Shown here one piece after another: positions 43,166-52,752 of a stretch of DNA of 64,000 nt. Each line of letters starts with the position of its first letter. Position 1 is the first letter of the stretch. Position numbers and translations under genes: made by a program. Source of the DNA: Trichormus sp. ATA11-4-KO1 (GTDB lineage Bacteria; Cyanobacteriota; Cyanobacteriia; Cyanobacteriales; Nostocaceae); NCBI GenBank assembly GCA_019358915.1, contig JAHHIM010000011.1:32001-96000 (forward strand), in the 5' to 3' direction. The notes beneath the pieces were generated by a model, which saw only the letters and a list, made by a program, of their open reading frames with translations, was not told the origin of the DNA and made no database searches.

Positions 43166-43438
43166 ATGATACAAACAATAACATTCATCCAAGAATCTAT
43201 TTTTGAAAAAATAGAGGGACAAAATATTGAATTTAAAGAAATCAATTCTAAAAGCCCGGTTAATACAATCAAAAATCATGCAGAGAAATACGTCACAGGC
43301 TTTTTAAATGCTTCCGAACAAGGAGATATCTATTTAGGAATAAACGATTATGGGAAGGTTTTAGGTGTTACTCTTAATCGAAGGGAAAAGAGCGATCGCT
43401 TTTACTTTTTACGCGAATTAGCTGTTAAGCAAAATTAG
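43166..43438 (+). pseudogene. truncated Schlafen/AlbA_2-domain gene
   Basis: EGQNIEFKE..VTGFLNA..GDIYLGIND.G.VLGV, then similarity appears to stop near HIP1 43392-43399. Confidence 0.65.
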
Positions 43439-43540
43439 TATAACTATTCACATCTCTTACCTCTGCGTTCACTGCGCCTCTGTGGTTCGTTTTCCAAATA
43501 AAATGCTTAAATCCTAAACATCTGTGGTTAGACAGCGCAC

Positions 43541-43903
43541 TTATCCTAAAGTCAAAACACCAGCTTGGTAATTCACCACTAACGGCAGAATTTTGAGCCA
43601 CTCTGAACCTAGTAATACTTCTATAATTTCATCCCCTGCACAAACAGGAATTTCATATTCCTGACCATTCAATAGGATTTTACCTACATAGATATCAAAA
43701 AGACTTTCACCCTGTGCCGTTTGCAGCTGTTGCTCACGAATAAATTGCCAGCCCAGAGAATATAAATCTTGTTGATTAATAGCTAAAAATCCTGTGAAGC
43801 CAGTATCCAACATAGAATCTATAGTCAGATTTAATCCATCAGAAGTAATCAAATCAATTTCAAAAAAAAGCTGACCGCTACTGCCGAAATTGCCTTGTAT
43901 CAT
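43541..43903 (-). CDS. retropepsin-like (clan AA) aspartyl protease
   Basis: MLDTGFTG catalytic motif, LLGSEWL. Confidence 0.85.
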   Translation of the reverse strand: MIQGNFGSSGQLFFEIDLITSDGLNLTIDSMLDTGFTGFLAINQQDLYSLGWQFIREQQLQTAQGESLFDIYVGKILLNGQEYEIPVCAGDEIIEVLLGSEWLKILPLVVNYQAGVLTLG

Positions 43904-44217
43904 ATTCTGCCAGTAGATCCAGTTTCATTCAGGCAGAACATACAATGTACAGCATTCGGGTACTTCTCACGTGCTTTCTGACTAGCTACCTCTATATCTT
44001 CATCAATAAAGTAGTCTCCACTATCTGGCTCTACAGCAATATACCAGCCATAATGTTCCTGAATCAAATCGGGACGCACTCGCTCAAACATCGCTCGACA
44101 ACGCTGGTGAAAAGCCTTCTGTTCAACTTTACGTCTAGCAAGTTCTTCTGGTGGTAAAGTGCGTTCTGGAAATATTCTCCCTCGCCGTTGAGGTTGTTTT
44201 GGCGTTGATTGAGTCAC
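43900..44217 (-). CDS. small partner protein of the aspartyl protease (DUF5678-like)
   Basis: HYGWYIAVEPDSGDYF..AREKYP..GSTGRI; 4-bp overlap with the protease. Confidence 0.7.
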   Translation of the reverse strand: MTQSTPKQPQRRGRIFPERTLPPEELARRKVEQKAFHQRCRAMFERVRPDLIQEHYGWYIAVEPDSGDYFIDEDIEVASQKAREKYPNAVHCMFCLNETGSTGRI

Positions 44218-44759
44218 TTTATTAACCCCTATTTCTACGACTGCCTTAACTTCATTTTACGCCAATAAAACCTTTGGTTATATACTTCTGTGACAGCAAC
44301 TTTAAATAACAGATATATTGCCGAATATTAGCTATTAAATAGTTTCTTTGATTTAGCATAAGTTGTATGTATTTTTATAGTAATTTTTAATACTAACAAA
44401 AATGTGATCGCTTGAATTTATACCCAACTTGCCAACTAAACCAAGATAAAAAAATAAGTTATATTTCTGACCTCAGTGTCCTCTGTGGTTTGTTTCTGAA
44501 CTCCTGAAACCCATACCAAGACTACTATCTGCTTATATTAAGGGATGTAACAGCCAGAAACGAGCGATCGCTATCTTCATCGTATCTTCAGTGTATTATG
44601 ACATAAATTACACATAAACTTTATACTTAAATACCATGTATCTGTATTTACTGTAACTTTTTTATCTATTACTGACGAAGAAACCACTGTATACTGACTA
44701 CACTATATATTTACTAACAAAGGTACTCTACCAAGTTTAAAGCTTAGGAGAGATAAATA

Positions 44760-45419
44760 ATGTATTATCAAATTTGGAATTTTTTTCTCAGAGAAGATAA
44801 ATATTTGAGTTGGAGAGAAAAAGTAAAACTTAACAAAAAATTTGATAAGTTAACATGGCAAAAAATCATTGACTTTTTGTCAAAAGTAGAGCAAAGTTTT
44901 CTTCTAAAAAACCAACTAGGAGAAACTGAGAATCTGGAGCAATTTATCAAATTAGCAACAGAACATGGTTTTAATTTGACCGAAGAGGAACTTGCATGGT
45001 TTCTGATTACCAGGAACCAAATTTGGGATCTTTTTGACTTGGCGCAAAAAACGCCATCTCTCAAAGAGCAATTGCTAACAGCTAAAAATCCGCAGCAATT
45101 CATCACAATAGCTGCTTTTAATGGCTATTACTTTTCTGTAGAAGAATTAGCTTGGCTATTAACTGAAATCAAAGCATCTCCTGAATTAGTATCCCTTAAT
45201 AACAGCGTTGGCGAAATTCTCACAGTATCGAACTACGGCAGAATTGAAACAGGATACTGGATTTGGCTAGCAGAAGACTGGGGGATTGTACCACCATTTT
45301 GTCATCGGCATCAGCCAGGTACTTTCTTATCTCAATATATGCACAATCCTTTTTTACCCGATCGCTGTTTTTTACCCAAGAGCTACTTTAATCAACACCT
45401 TGTAATTCATAATTCGTAA
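44760..45419 (+). CDS. protein with two tandem Nif11-like domains
   Basis: IIDFLSKVEQSFLLKNQL..EQFIKLATEHGFNLTEEEL and IWDLFDLAQKTPSLKEQL..QQFITIAAFNGYYFSVEEL; AGGAG RBS. Confidence 0.75.
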   Translation: MYYQIWNFFLREDKYLSWREKVKLNKKFDKLTWQKIIDFLSKVEQSFLLKNQLGETENLEQFIKLATEHGFNLTEEELAWFLITRNQIWDLFDLAQKTPSLKEQLLTAKNPQQFITIAAFNGYYFSVEELAWLLTEIKASPELVSLNNSVGEILTVSNYGRIETGYWIWLAEDWGIVPPFCHRHQPGTFLSQYMHNPFLPDRCFLPKSYFNQHLVIHNS

Positions 45420-45580
45420 TTACAAAAACTCAGGCTTTTGGAGAGTTAGAATATCTTACTCAATAGCAAAGCATCCTGAGAATTGAAGAAGTTGTATCTT
45501 CAAACCAGGATGCTTCACAATGAAAAATTGTCGCTGATACAACAGTTCTGTAACAAAGTGTGATGTTTAAGCTAGAGCTA

Positions 45581-47167
45581 TCAGCCGGCAGAAACCTTCA
45601 AACTACCAGGATGTCCAAGTTCACCTTGGAATACTACGCCTCGTTGATTGGCGTGTAAATGACGTAGAATCTTGTAAATTGCCTCAACTTGATCAGCCGC
45701 ATCTGCTTTTTGGGCAACTTCTTCTAGAGAAAGGGCAGTTTTTTCTTTTTGTAATACAGCTACTACTCGTGATTGTAGGTCAAGAATGGCGGCGGCAGCT
45801 TTTTTACCAGCTTCTACCCCCGGTTGATGGTAGGCATTGATGTTTACTAAGCTGGCGTATAAACCAACAGCACGTTCATACAAAGCAATTAACGCCCCGA
45901 CAGTTCGGGGGTTGACTTGGGGAATAGTGACTGTAATGGAATCGCGCTGATTTTCGTAAAGCGCTTGTCGAGTTCCTTGGAGAAAACCTGAAAGAAAATC
46001 CCCTGATGTTACTCCAGGTTCAATTTCTGGAGATAGACCTTGACGATCTTCTAAAACTTCGATGAAGGTAGCAAAGAAATTCGGTACACCCTCACGTAAC
46101 TGTTGGACGTAGGCGTGTTGATCTGTTGAACCTTTGTTACCGTAAACGGCAATACCTTGATAGACAGTCTTACCATCCAAATCTTTTTCCTTACCCAAGG
46201 ATTCCATCACCAGCTGTTGTAAATAGCGACTGAACAACAACAAGCTGTCCTTGTAAGGTAAGACAACCATATCTTTTTCGCCCCGGCCATTACCAGAAAA
46301 ATACCAAGATAAAGCCAACAAAGCAGCCGGGTTGTTTTTCAACTCTGGGACGCGGGTAGCGTCATCCATTTCTTGGGCACCTTCTAACATCGCACGTACA
46401 TCGATGCCTTGTAATGCGGCTGGTACTAGCCCCACAGCAGACATTTCCGAGGTACGTCCTCCCACCCAGTCATACATGGGAAATCTGGCCAGCCAAGCTC
46501 CATTTTTTGCCACTTTATCTAGATTGCTATCAACGCTAGTAATAGCTACTGCGTGTTTGGCAAAGTCCAAATTGTGACTAGCAAAGGCTTTTTTGACTTC
46601 AATCATGCCATTGCGGGGTTCTGGTGTCCCTCCAGATTTGGAGATGACTAAGACCAAAGTGCTGGACAGACTATTTCGCAAATGAGTCAGAATGCGGTCA
46701 ATACCTGCGGGGTCACTATTGTCGATAAAGTGGATTTTCAGGGGTGGGAAATCAGGCGAAAGGGCTTCAGCGACAAATTGCGGGCCTAAGGCAGAACCAC
46801 CAATACCAATGGAGATGACATCGGTAAAGCGGCTAGCTTTAGGAGGATGAATCGCACCTGTGTGGACTTTTTCCGCAAAGGCTTCGATTTGTTCTAGAGT
46901 TTGGACAATCTCTTGGGTAAGTTCTGGAGTGGGTGCTAAATCAGGATTTCGCAGCCAGTAATGTCCCACCATGCGGTCTTCATCGGGATTAGCGATCGCA
47001 CCCTTTTCTAATTCCGCCATAGCCGCAAACGCTTTGTCAAACTTCGGCTGCAACGACTCCACGAAAGCGTCATCAAAACCCATCCGACTTACATCTAGGT
47101 AAAGTCCTAATCCCTCGTGGAAATATAACCAATTTTGGTATCGTTGCCAAAGTGCCCTTGCATCCAT
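45581..47167 (-). CDS. pgi: glucose-6-phosphate isomerase
   Basis: [40 protein letters not shown]. Confidence 0.97.
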   Translation of the reverse strand: MDARALWQRYQNWLYFHEGLGLYLDVSRMGFDDAFVESLQPKFDKAFAAMAELEKGAIANPDEDRMVGHYWLRNPDLAPTPELTQEIVQTLEQIEAFAEKVHTGAIHPPKASRFTDVISIGIGGSALGPQFVAEALSPDFPPLKIHFIDNSDPAGIDRILTHLRNSLSSTLVLVISKSGGTPEPRNGMIEVKKAFASHNLDFAKHAVAITSVDSNLDKVAKNGAWLARFPMYDWVGGRTSEMSAVGLVPAALQGIDVRAMLEGAQEMDDATRVPELKNNPAALLALSWYFSGNGRGEKDMVVLPYKDSLLLFSRYLQQLVMESLGKEKDLDGKTVYQGIAVYGNKGSTDQHAYVQQLREGVPNFFATFIEVLEDRQGLSPEIEPGVTSGDFLSGFLQGTRQALYENQRDSITVTIPQVNPRTVGALIALYERAVGLYASLVNINAYHQPGVEAGKKAAAAILDLQSRVVAVLQKEKTALSLEEVAQKADAADQVEAIYKILRHLHANQRGVVFQGELGHPGSLKVSAG

Positions 47168-47372
47168 AGGGAAATCTCAAATAAAGTATTGCTTCAAAAA
47201 CAAGTTTAATGTAAGGTCAGAGCCATCCCTGCCTAGCCTTATACAGTTTTAAGTGTTGGACATGGGGATTATTGCCAACTATAGCAGGGAACAGGTAACA
47301 GGCTTGAAATTCTTGTGGTGTCTAGGCTTTATATTCAATTGATGTCTATAGATTTAACAGCCATTACTTCAT

Positions 47373-47630
47373 CTAAACATCTGGCATGGGTATGACTCGT
47401 AAAAATTTGACAATTTCACCCCTAATTTCGATGCCAACTAAATAATTATCTATAGTAAAACGGTGAAAAATGCCCTCAACATCAAGGCACCGCAGTTCTG
47501 GGAGACAATGCAAAGGCCCGTTTTCAGCAAACTCAAAAAACACAAAATCATATACCCGCTGGTAGGCAGCTGGCTCTAAACTCTTCAGGTCTACCAAAAA
47601 AGACCTGGCATAGCGCACTTCCAGACTCAC
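47373..47630 (-). CDS. divergent RelE/ParE-like protein
   Basis: VRYARSFLVDLKSL..FHRFTIDNYLVGIEI....FLRV. Confidence 0.6.
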   Translation of the reverse strand: MSLEVRYARSFLVDLKSLEPAAYQRVYDFVFFEFAENGPLHCLPELRCLDVEGIFHRFTIDNYLVGIEIRGEIVKFLRVIPMPDV

Positions 47631-47726
47631 TAGGCTTTACCTTCAAAATAATGCTTCCTTCCTGAGTGCTGAGTAAGAAGTAGCACTCACGACTACTGAA
47701 CAAGTAGCTCGAAAAGACTGCTGAAC

Positions 47727-47924
47727 TTAGAAAAACATTAACATTCGCATCGCTTCTTCATAGGTTAAGATATCCCACGGTTGCTGAGATTGCTTAACTT
47801 GTTGTATTGCTTTCGACATGTAAGAGTCACAGTGCAAAGCATGAATTGCATTCCAAATGCTTTGCAGTTCTTCATCGCCTAATTGTTCGATTAGGTGATG
47901 TATTCTAATTCGCAGCAAATTCAT
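47727..47924 (-). CDS. antitoxin-like small protein
   Basis: 65 aa upstream of the RelE-like gene; ends DILTYEEAMRML. Confidence 0.55.
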   Translation of the reverse strand: MNLLRIRIHHLIEQLGDEELQSIWNAIHALHCDSYMSKAIQQVKQSQQPWDILTYEEAMRMLMFF

Positions 47925-48091
47925 ATAGCAATAATTTTAACCAAAACACAAAAGTATTGTTCCCAAAAATTGACAACAGTTAACGACAAGATATTATTAT
48001 CCTGAAGCTATACCTGCTTTGGCAGTAGGAAGTAAGAATGGGGAAGAGTTTTCCCCATGCCCCATGCCCAATGCCCAATGACTAATGACTA

Positions 48092-49228
48092 ATGAGTGAA
48101 TATCTAATTTTTCTAGCAATTTCTACAGCAATTTTTGCCCTGTTTAGTTTAGGACTCAATTTGCAGTGGGGCTTTACAGGGTTAATTAACTTTGGTCATA
48201 TTGCTTTTATGACTTTAGGTGCTTATACAACAGTGTTGTTAAGTTTACAGGGAGTACCTCTACTTGTATCAGCAGTAATTGGGGCAATAGTAGCAGCCTT
48301 TTTGGGCTTAATCATTGGTTTTGCGACTCTGCGCTTGCGGGAAGATTATCTGGCAATTGTCACCATCGGAGTAGGTGAACTAATTCGTTTGGTAGTGAAT
48401 AATCAGGATTTACCTGTGGGTAACACCTGGGTATCTGGAGCGTTTGGTGTACAAAGTTATCCAATACCCCTGTCCACAGCACCCAATTTGTTTTTCAGAT
48501 TAGTGATGATTGGACTGCTGACACTGCTAGCTGCTGTAACTTTCTTTGCATTGTGGCGATGGATTCGCGCTGCTCAAAAATTTATGGTAACTGATTCCAG
48601 TAAAAGAGCAGGTAGTAAGCAAGAATTCGCCTCGCGTTTGGGAGTAGGAATTATATTCACCTTATTAACAGCAGCGATTTATATTTCTGGAGTCATTGGC
48701 TTGTATGACTATAAACCAAAAGCAGGTTTGATGCTGTTGTCATTGTTGGTATTAGGATTTGTATTCTGGCGCTGGGAAATTCTAGTGCGATCGCCTTGGG
48801 GAAGAATCCTCAAAGCTATCCGTGAAGATGAAGAAATACCTAAAGCTATGGGCAAAAATGTCTTTTGGTATAAAGTGCAATCGCTGATGCTGGGTGGGGC
48901 GATCGCAGGTATTGCTGGGGCTTTCTTCGCTTGGCAACTTAGCGCTATTTACCCTGATAATTTCCAACCACAGCTAACCTTTGATGCGTGGATTATAGTG
49001 ATTTTAGGCGGTTCTGGTAATAATATCGGCACTATCTTAGGTGCGGTAATTTTCTTTGCTTACGATGCTCTCACTAGGGAATATTTACCACGCATATTTA
49101 CCAACTTATCTTCTGACCAATTGGGTGCATTTCGCATCATGATCATCGGTCTAATTTTGATGGTACTAATGATTTGGCGTCCTCAAGGTATCTTAGGGAA
49201 AAAAGAGGAACTTACCCTGAGTAAGTGA
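48092..49228 (+). CDS. natC: neutral amino-acid ABC permease (LivM-like)
   Basis: GLNLQWGFTGLINFGH, LRLREDYLAIVT, RSPWGRILKAIRED, RPQGILG. Confidence 0.88.
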   Translation: MSEYLIFLAISTAIFALFSLGLNLQWGFTGLINFGHIAFMTLGAYTTVLLSLQGVPLLVSAVIGAIVAAFLGLIIGFATLRLREDYLAIVTIGVGELIRLVVNNQDLPVGNTWVSGAFGVQSYPIPLSTAPNLFFRLVMIGLLTLLAAVTFFALWRWIRAAQKFMVTDSSKRAGSKQEFASRLGVGIIFTLLTAAIYISGVIGLYDYKPKAGLMLLSLLVLGFVFWRWEILVRSPWGRILKAIREDEEIPKAMGKNVFWYKVQSLMLGGAIAGIAGAFFAWQLSAIYPDNFQPQLTFDAWIIVILGGSGNNIGTILGAVIFFAYDALTREYLPRIFTNLSSDQLGAFRIMIIGLILMVLMIWRPQGILGKKEELTLSK

Positions 49229-49262
49229 CTGGGGACAAGGGGAACTTTATTTTTAATGACTA

Positions 49263-50054
49263 ATGACCAATATGGTAAATAATCAATCTTCTCAACTTCC
49301 TTTGTTAGCTGCTACTGGACTTTGTAAAAGCTTTGGTGGTGTTAAAGCAGTTAATGAGGCGAGAATCGAAGTTACCAAAGGCAGTATCACTGGCTTAATT
49401 GGCCCTAATGGTGCTGGTAAAACTACTTTGTTTAATTTACTCTCCAACTTCATTCGCCCAGATAAAGGACGAGTGATTTTTGATGGCGAACCGATTCAGC
49501 AGTTGCAACCATACCAAATTGCCCAGCAGGGATTAGTCCGCACTTTTCAAGTAGCCCGGACTCTCTCACGGTTGTCGGTGTTAGATAATATGCTGCTAGC
49601 GGCGCAAAAACAAACAGGTGAGAATTTTTGGCAGGTGCAGTTGCAACCACACATTGTGGCTCAGGAAGAAAGGCAATTGCAAGAACAAGCTATGTCCCTG
49701 TTAGAATCTGTGGGATTGGCACAAAAGGCACATGATTATGCTGGTGGATTGTCAGGCGGACAACGCAAGTTATTAGAAATGGGGCGGGCGTTAATGACTA
49801 ATCCCAAGTTAATTTTGTTGGATGAACCCGCAGCCGGTGTGAATCCAAGATTAATTGATGATATATGCGATCGCATTCATACATGGAACCGCCAAGATGG
49901 CATGACTTTTCTGATTATTGAACACAATATGGATGTAATCATGTCCTTGTGCGATCGCGTTTGGGTATTAGCCGAAGGACAGAATTTAGCTGATGGTACT
50001 CCCGCAGAAATTCAAAACAATTCCCAAGTTTTAGAAGCTTATTTAGGAAAATAA
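49263..50054 (+). CDS. natA: neutral amino-acid ABC ATPase (LivG-like)
   Basis: GPNGAGKT, RTFQ, LSGGQ, LLDEPAAG, IEHNM, VLEAYLG. Confidence 0.88.
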   Translation: MTNMVNNQSSQLPLLAATGLCKSFGGVKAVNEARIEVTKGSITGLIGPNGAGKTTLFNLLSNFIRPDKGRVIFDGEPIQQLQPYQIAQQGLVRTFQVARTLSRLSVLDNMLLAAQKQTGENFWQVQLQPHIVAQEERQLQEQAMSLLESVGLAQKAHDYAGGLSGGQRKLLEMGRALMTNPKLILLDEPAAGVNPRLIDDICDRIHTWNRQDGMTFLIIEHNMDVIMSLCDRVWVLAEGQNLADGTPAEIQNNSQVLEAYLGK

Positions 50055-50108
50055 ACTTATTTTTCATGCCAAAATCATCTTGGGTAAAATAGAAAGTTAC
50101 TATTAACC

Positions 50109-50333
50109 ATGCCCAAGAAAATTAGAGAATTAAAAAGTTTATTACTGCAAGCGGGGTTTACCTGTCGTCCTGGAAAGGGTAGTCATACTAACTGGTATCA
50201 TATTTTACTACCTGGAAGAGTTACTATATCAGGTAAAGATGGAAATGACGCTAAAGCTTACCAAGAGAAAGATGTAAATAACGCCATCAAAAAAATAGAA
50301 GAAATTAAAAAAGACCAAGAGGAAGAAAAATGA
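50109..50333 (+). CDS. hicA: HicA family toxin (copy 1)
   Basis: LLQAGF..GKGSH..W.H. Confidence 0.9.
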   Translation: MPKKIRELKSLLLQAGFTCRPGKGSHTNWYHILLPGRVTISGKDGNDAKAYQEKDVNNAIKKIEEIKKDQEEEK

Positions 50334-50554
50334 ATTATCATTACACAATAATTATTCAATGGTCTGAAGAAGATAAATGTTTTGTAGTTAGCCTTCCGGA
50401 GTGGGGAGAGTTTTGTCATACTCATGGAGATACTTATGAACAAGCCTTAAAAAATGCTCAAGAAGTCTTAGAAATGTTAATTGAATCTTACTTAGAGGAT
50501 GATCAGCCTTTACCAGAACCGCAAACATTAGGCAAGTCTTTAAATGTGGCTTAA
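50330..50554 (+). CDS. hicB: short HicB family antitoxin (copy 1)
   Basis: IQWSEED..VVSLPE..THGDTYEQALKNAQE..LPEP; ATGA overlap with hicA. Confidence 0.9.
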   Translation: MNYHYTIIIQWSEEDKCFVVSLPEWGEFCHTHGDTYEQALKNAQEVLEMLIESYLEDDQPLPEPQTLGKSLNVA

Positions 50555-50694
50555 TTTTTACTGGGAACTGCTAAGATGGCATGACTTTACTAATTCTTGA
50601 ACACTGCGATCGCATTTGGGTATTAGCCGAAGGACGTACTCCCGCAGAAATTCAAAACAATTCCCAATTTTTAGAAGCTAATTTAGGAAAATGA
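50554..50694 (+). pseudogene. relic copy of natA 3' end (first)
   Basis: aligns to 49875-50054 with 24-bp and 15-bp deletions. Confidence 0.85.
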
Positions 50695-50748
50695 ACTTAT
50701 TTGCCATGCCAAAATCATCTTGGGGAAAATAGAAAGTTACTATTAACC

Positions 50749-50979
50749 ATGCCCAAGAAAATTAGAGAATTAAAAAGTTTATTACTGCAAGCTGGATTTA
50801 TTTATAAACCCGCAAAAGGTAGTCATAGCAAATGGATACATGGAAAGTTATTTAAAGCTATTATTATTTCTGGTAAAGATAGTAGTGATGCTAAACACTA
50901 TTTAGAAAAACAGGTGAACGAAGCAATAGAAGAATTAAATAGAATGGAAGCAGAAAAAAAGGAGGAATTAGAGGAATGA
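50749..50979 (+). CDS. hicA: HicA family toxin (copy 2)
   Basis: MPKKIRELKSLLLQAGF..AKGSHSKW.H; ATG 50749 by identity with copy 1. Confidence 0.9.
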   Translation: MPKKIRELKSLLLQAGFIYKPAKGSHSKWIHGKLFKAIIISGKDSSDAKHYLEKQVNEAIEELNRMEAEKKEELEE

Positions 50980-51200
50980 AATATACAATACTAATTCAAT
51001 GGTCAAACGAAGATGAATGTTATGTAGTTTCATTACCTGATTTCACAGAGGTTATGCAGCCTTGTACTCATGGAGATACTTATGAAGAAGCCTTAAAAAA
51101 TGCTCAGGAAGTTTTAGAAATGTTAATTGAATCTTACTTAGAAGATGATCAGCCTTTACCAGAACCGCAAACATTAGGCAAGTCTTTAAATGTGGCTTAA
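50976..51200 (+). CDS. hicB: short HicB family antitoxin (copy 2)
   Basis: IQWSNED..VVSLPD..THGDTYEEALKNAQE..LPEP. Confidence 0.9.
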   Translation: MKYTILIQWSNEDECYVVSLPDFTEVMQPCTHGDTYEEALKNAQEVLEMLIESYLEDDQPLPEPQTLGKSLNVA

Positions 51201-51306
51201 TTTTTACTGGGAACTGCTAAGATGGCATGACTTTACTAATTATTGAACACTGCGATCGCATTTGGGTATTAGCCGAAGGGCAAAATATGGCTGACGGTAC
51301 GCCAAC
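51200..51306 (+). pseudogene. relic copy of natA 3' end (second, divergent)
   Basis: reads DGMTLLIIEH-CDRIWVLAEGQNMADGTP versus natA DGMTFLIIEH[NMDVIMSL]CDRVWVLAEGQNLADGTP. Confidence 0.85.
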
Positions 51307-51338
51307 CATATTCACAGTTATCCCCAAGTGTGAGAAGT

Positions 51339-52625
51339 TTAACTAAACTGCTCACCAGCATCTAGGTTAAACAACGTTTGCAGGGTTTGCATACAGTGCC
51401 GTCTGGCTTCAACATCCTGCTGCGCTCGTAACTGCACCATTGGATCGTGTAAAATTTTGTTAACAATTCCTCGTGTTAAAGCTTCAATCACTTCTTGATG
51501 TTTTTCGGCAAATTCCGAACCTAAGCGTGACAATGCTTTTTCTAATTCTTGTTCGCGAATGGTTTCAACTTTATTTCTGAGACAGCTGATAGTTGAGACA
51601 GTTTCTAGTGATCGCCACCAAATATCAAAAGCTTCCACCTCTTCATCTAAAAGTCTTTCTGCTTCTTGCGCCATCTTGCGGCGGCTTTCATAGTTTTGCG
51701 CCACAACTGCCTTTAAATCATCCACATTAAACGCCTGTACATTTACCAGTTCGTTCACGTCACTGTGGACATTACGCGGCACAGAAATATCAAACAACAT
51801 CATAGAGCGGTTGGGTTCTATGACTATTTCTAGCTTGGCGCGATCTAGGATTGGTTCAGTAGCAGAAGTGCTGGTAAACACTAAATCACTTTCGGCAATC
51901 ACTGCCATCATTTCTGATAGTGTATGAGTGTAGATAGGTTGTTCGGGGTAAAGTTTCGCCAATTCCTCGGCACGTTCACGAGAGCGATTCACAATATTAA
52001 TTTGTACAGCACCTTTAGAAATCAGGTGTTGCACTAGCAACCGCGACATTTTGCCTGCACCCAAAATTGCTACTCGGCAAGCTGCTAAATTAGCCACTTT
52101 TATCTGCGCCAACTCGACAGCCGCCGAACTAATAGAAACTGCACCAGTACCAATGCTAGTTTCGGTACGAACTCGCTTACCAGCTGTAATTGCTTGTTTA
52201 AATAATCGATTCAGAATTGTTTTTATACCGTTAAATTGCTGCCCCAGCTTGTGAGTATTCTTGACCTGAGCCAGAATTTGACCTTCTCCGAGTACCAGAC
52301 TATCTAACCCAGCTGCTACCCGCATTACATGCATTACAGCATCATCATGCAGCAACATAAATAAGTGTTGTCGTAGAGACTGCACAGGTAATTTGCTATG
52401 CTCCGAAAGAAACTGAGTAACTTCCCGGATACCTTGCTCTGTTTCACTGGTAACAATGTAAATTTCTAGGCGGTTGCAAGTGCTAAGGATTGCAACTTCG
52501 TCAATATGAGGATAGCTGCTAAGATGAGCGATCGCACTTTCAGTTTGTGGTTCTGGAATGCTCAGCTTTTCCCGGATTTCAACTGGGGCTGTTTTATGGC
52601 TTAACCCCACCACTGCAATATTCAT
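51339..52625 (-). CDS. hemA: glutamyl-tRNA reductase
   Basis: [35 protein letters not shown]. Confidence 0.97.
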   Translation of the reverse strand: MNIAVVGLSHKTAPVEIREKLSIPEPQTESAIAHLSSYPHIDEVAILSTCNRLEIYIVTSETEQGIREVTQFLSEHSKLPVQSLRQHLFMLLHDDAVMHVMRVAAGLDSLVLGEGQILAQVKNTHKLGQQFNGIKTILNRLFKQAITAGKRVRTETSIGTGAVSISSAAVELAQIKVANLAACRVAILGAGKMSRLLVQHLISKGAVQINIVNRSRERAEELAKLYPEQPIYTHTLSEMMAVIAESDLVFTSTSATEPILDRAKLEIVIEPNRSMMLFDISVPRNVHSDVNELVNVQAFNVDDLKAVVAQNYESRRKMAQEAERLLDEEVEAFDIWWRSLETVSTISCLRNKVETIREQELEKALSRLGSEFAEKHQEVIEALTRGIVNKILHDPMVQLRAQQDVEARRHCMQTLQTLFNLDAGEQFS

Positions 52626-52700
52626 TATTTATCGGTAATTGGTAATGGGTTTTTGATAATTGAGGAATTCGGAGACCCCTTTGGGGATAAGGGACAATGG

Positions 52701-52743
52701 GGAGTAGGGAATAGGGAGTGAGGAACTCCCTATTCCCTACTCC
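52701..52743. repeat. perfect 19-bp-stem hairpin built from STRR heptamers
   Basis: GGAGTAGGGAATAGGGAGT-GAGGA-ACTCCCTATTCCCTACTCC just after the glpX stop. Confidence 0.8.
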
Positions 52744-52752
52744 TGAAAATTC

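Noticed and set aside
50701..50748. Longer N-terminus for HicA copy 2
   Set aside because: The sequence is the duplicated intergenic region; copy 1 defines the start.
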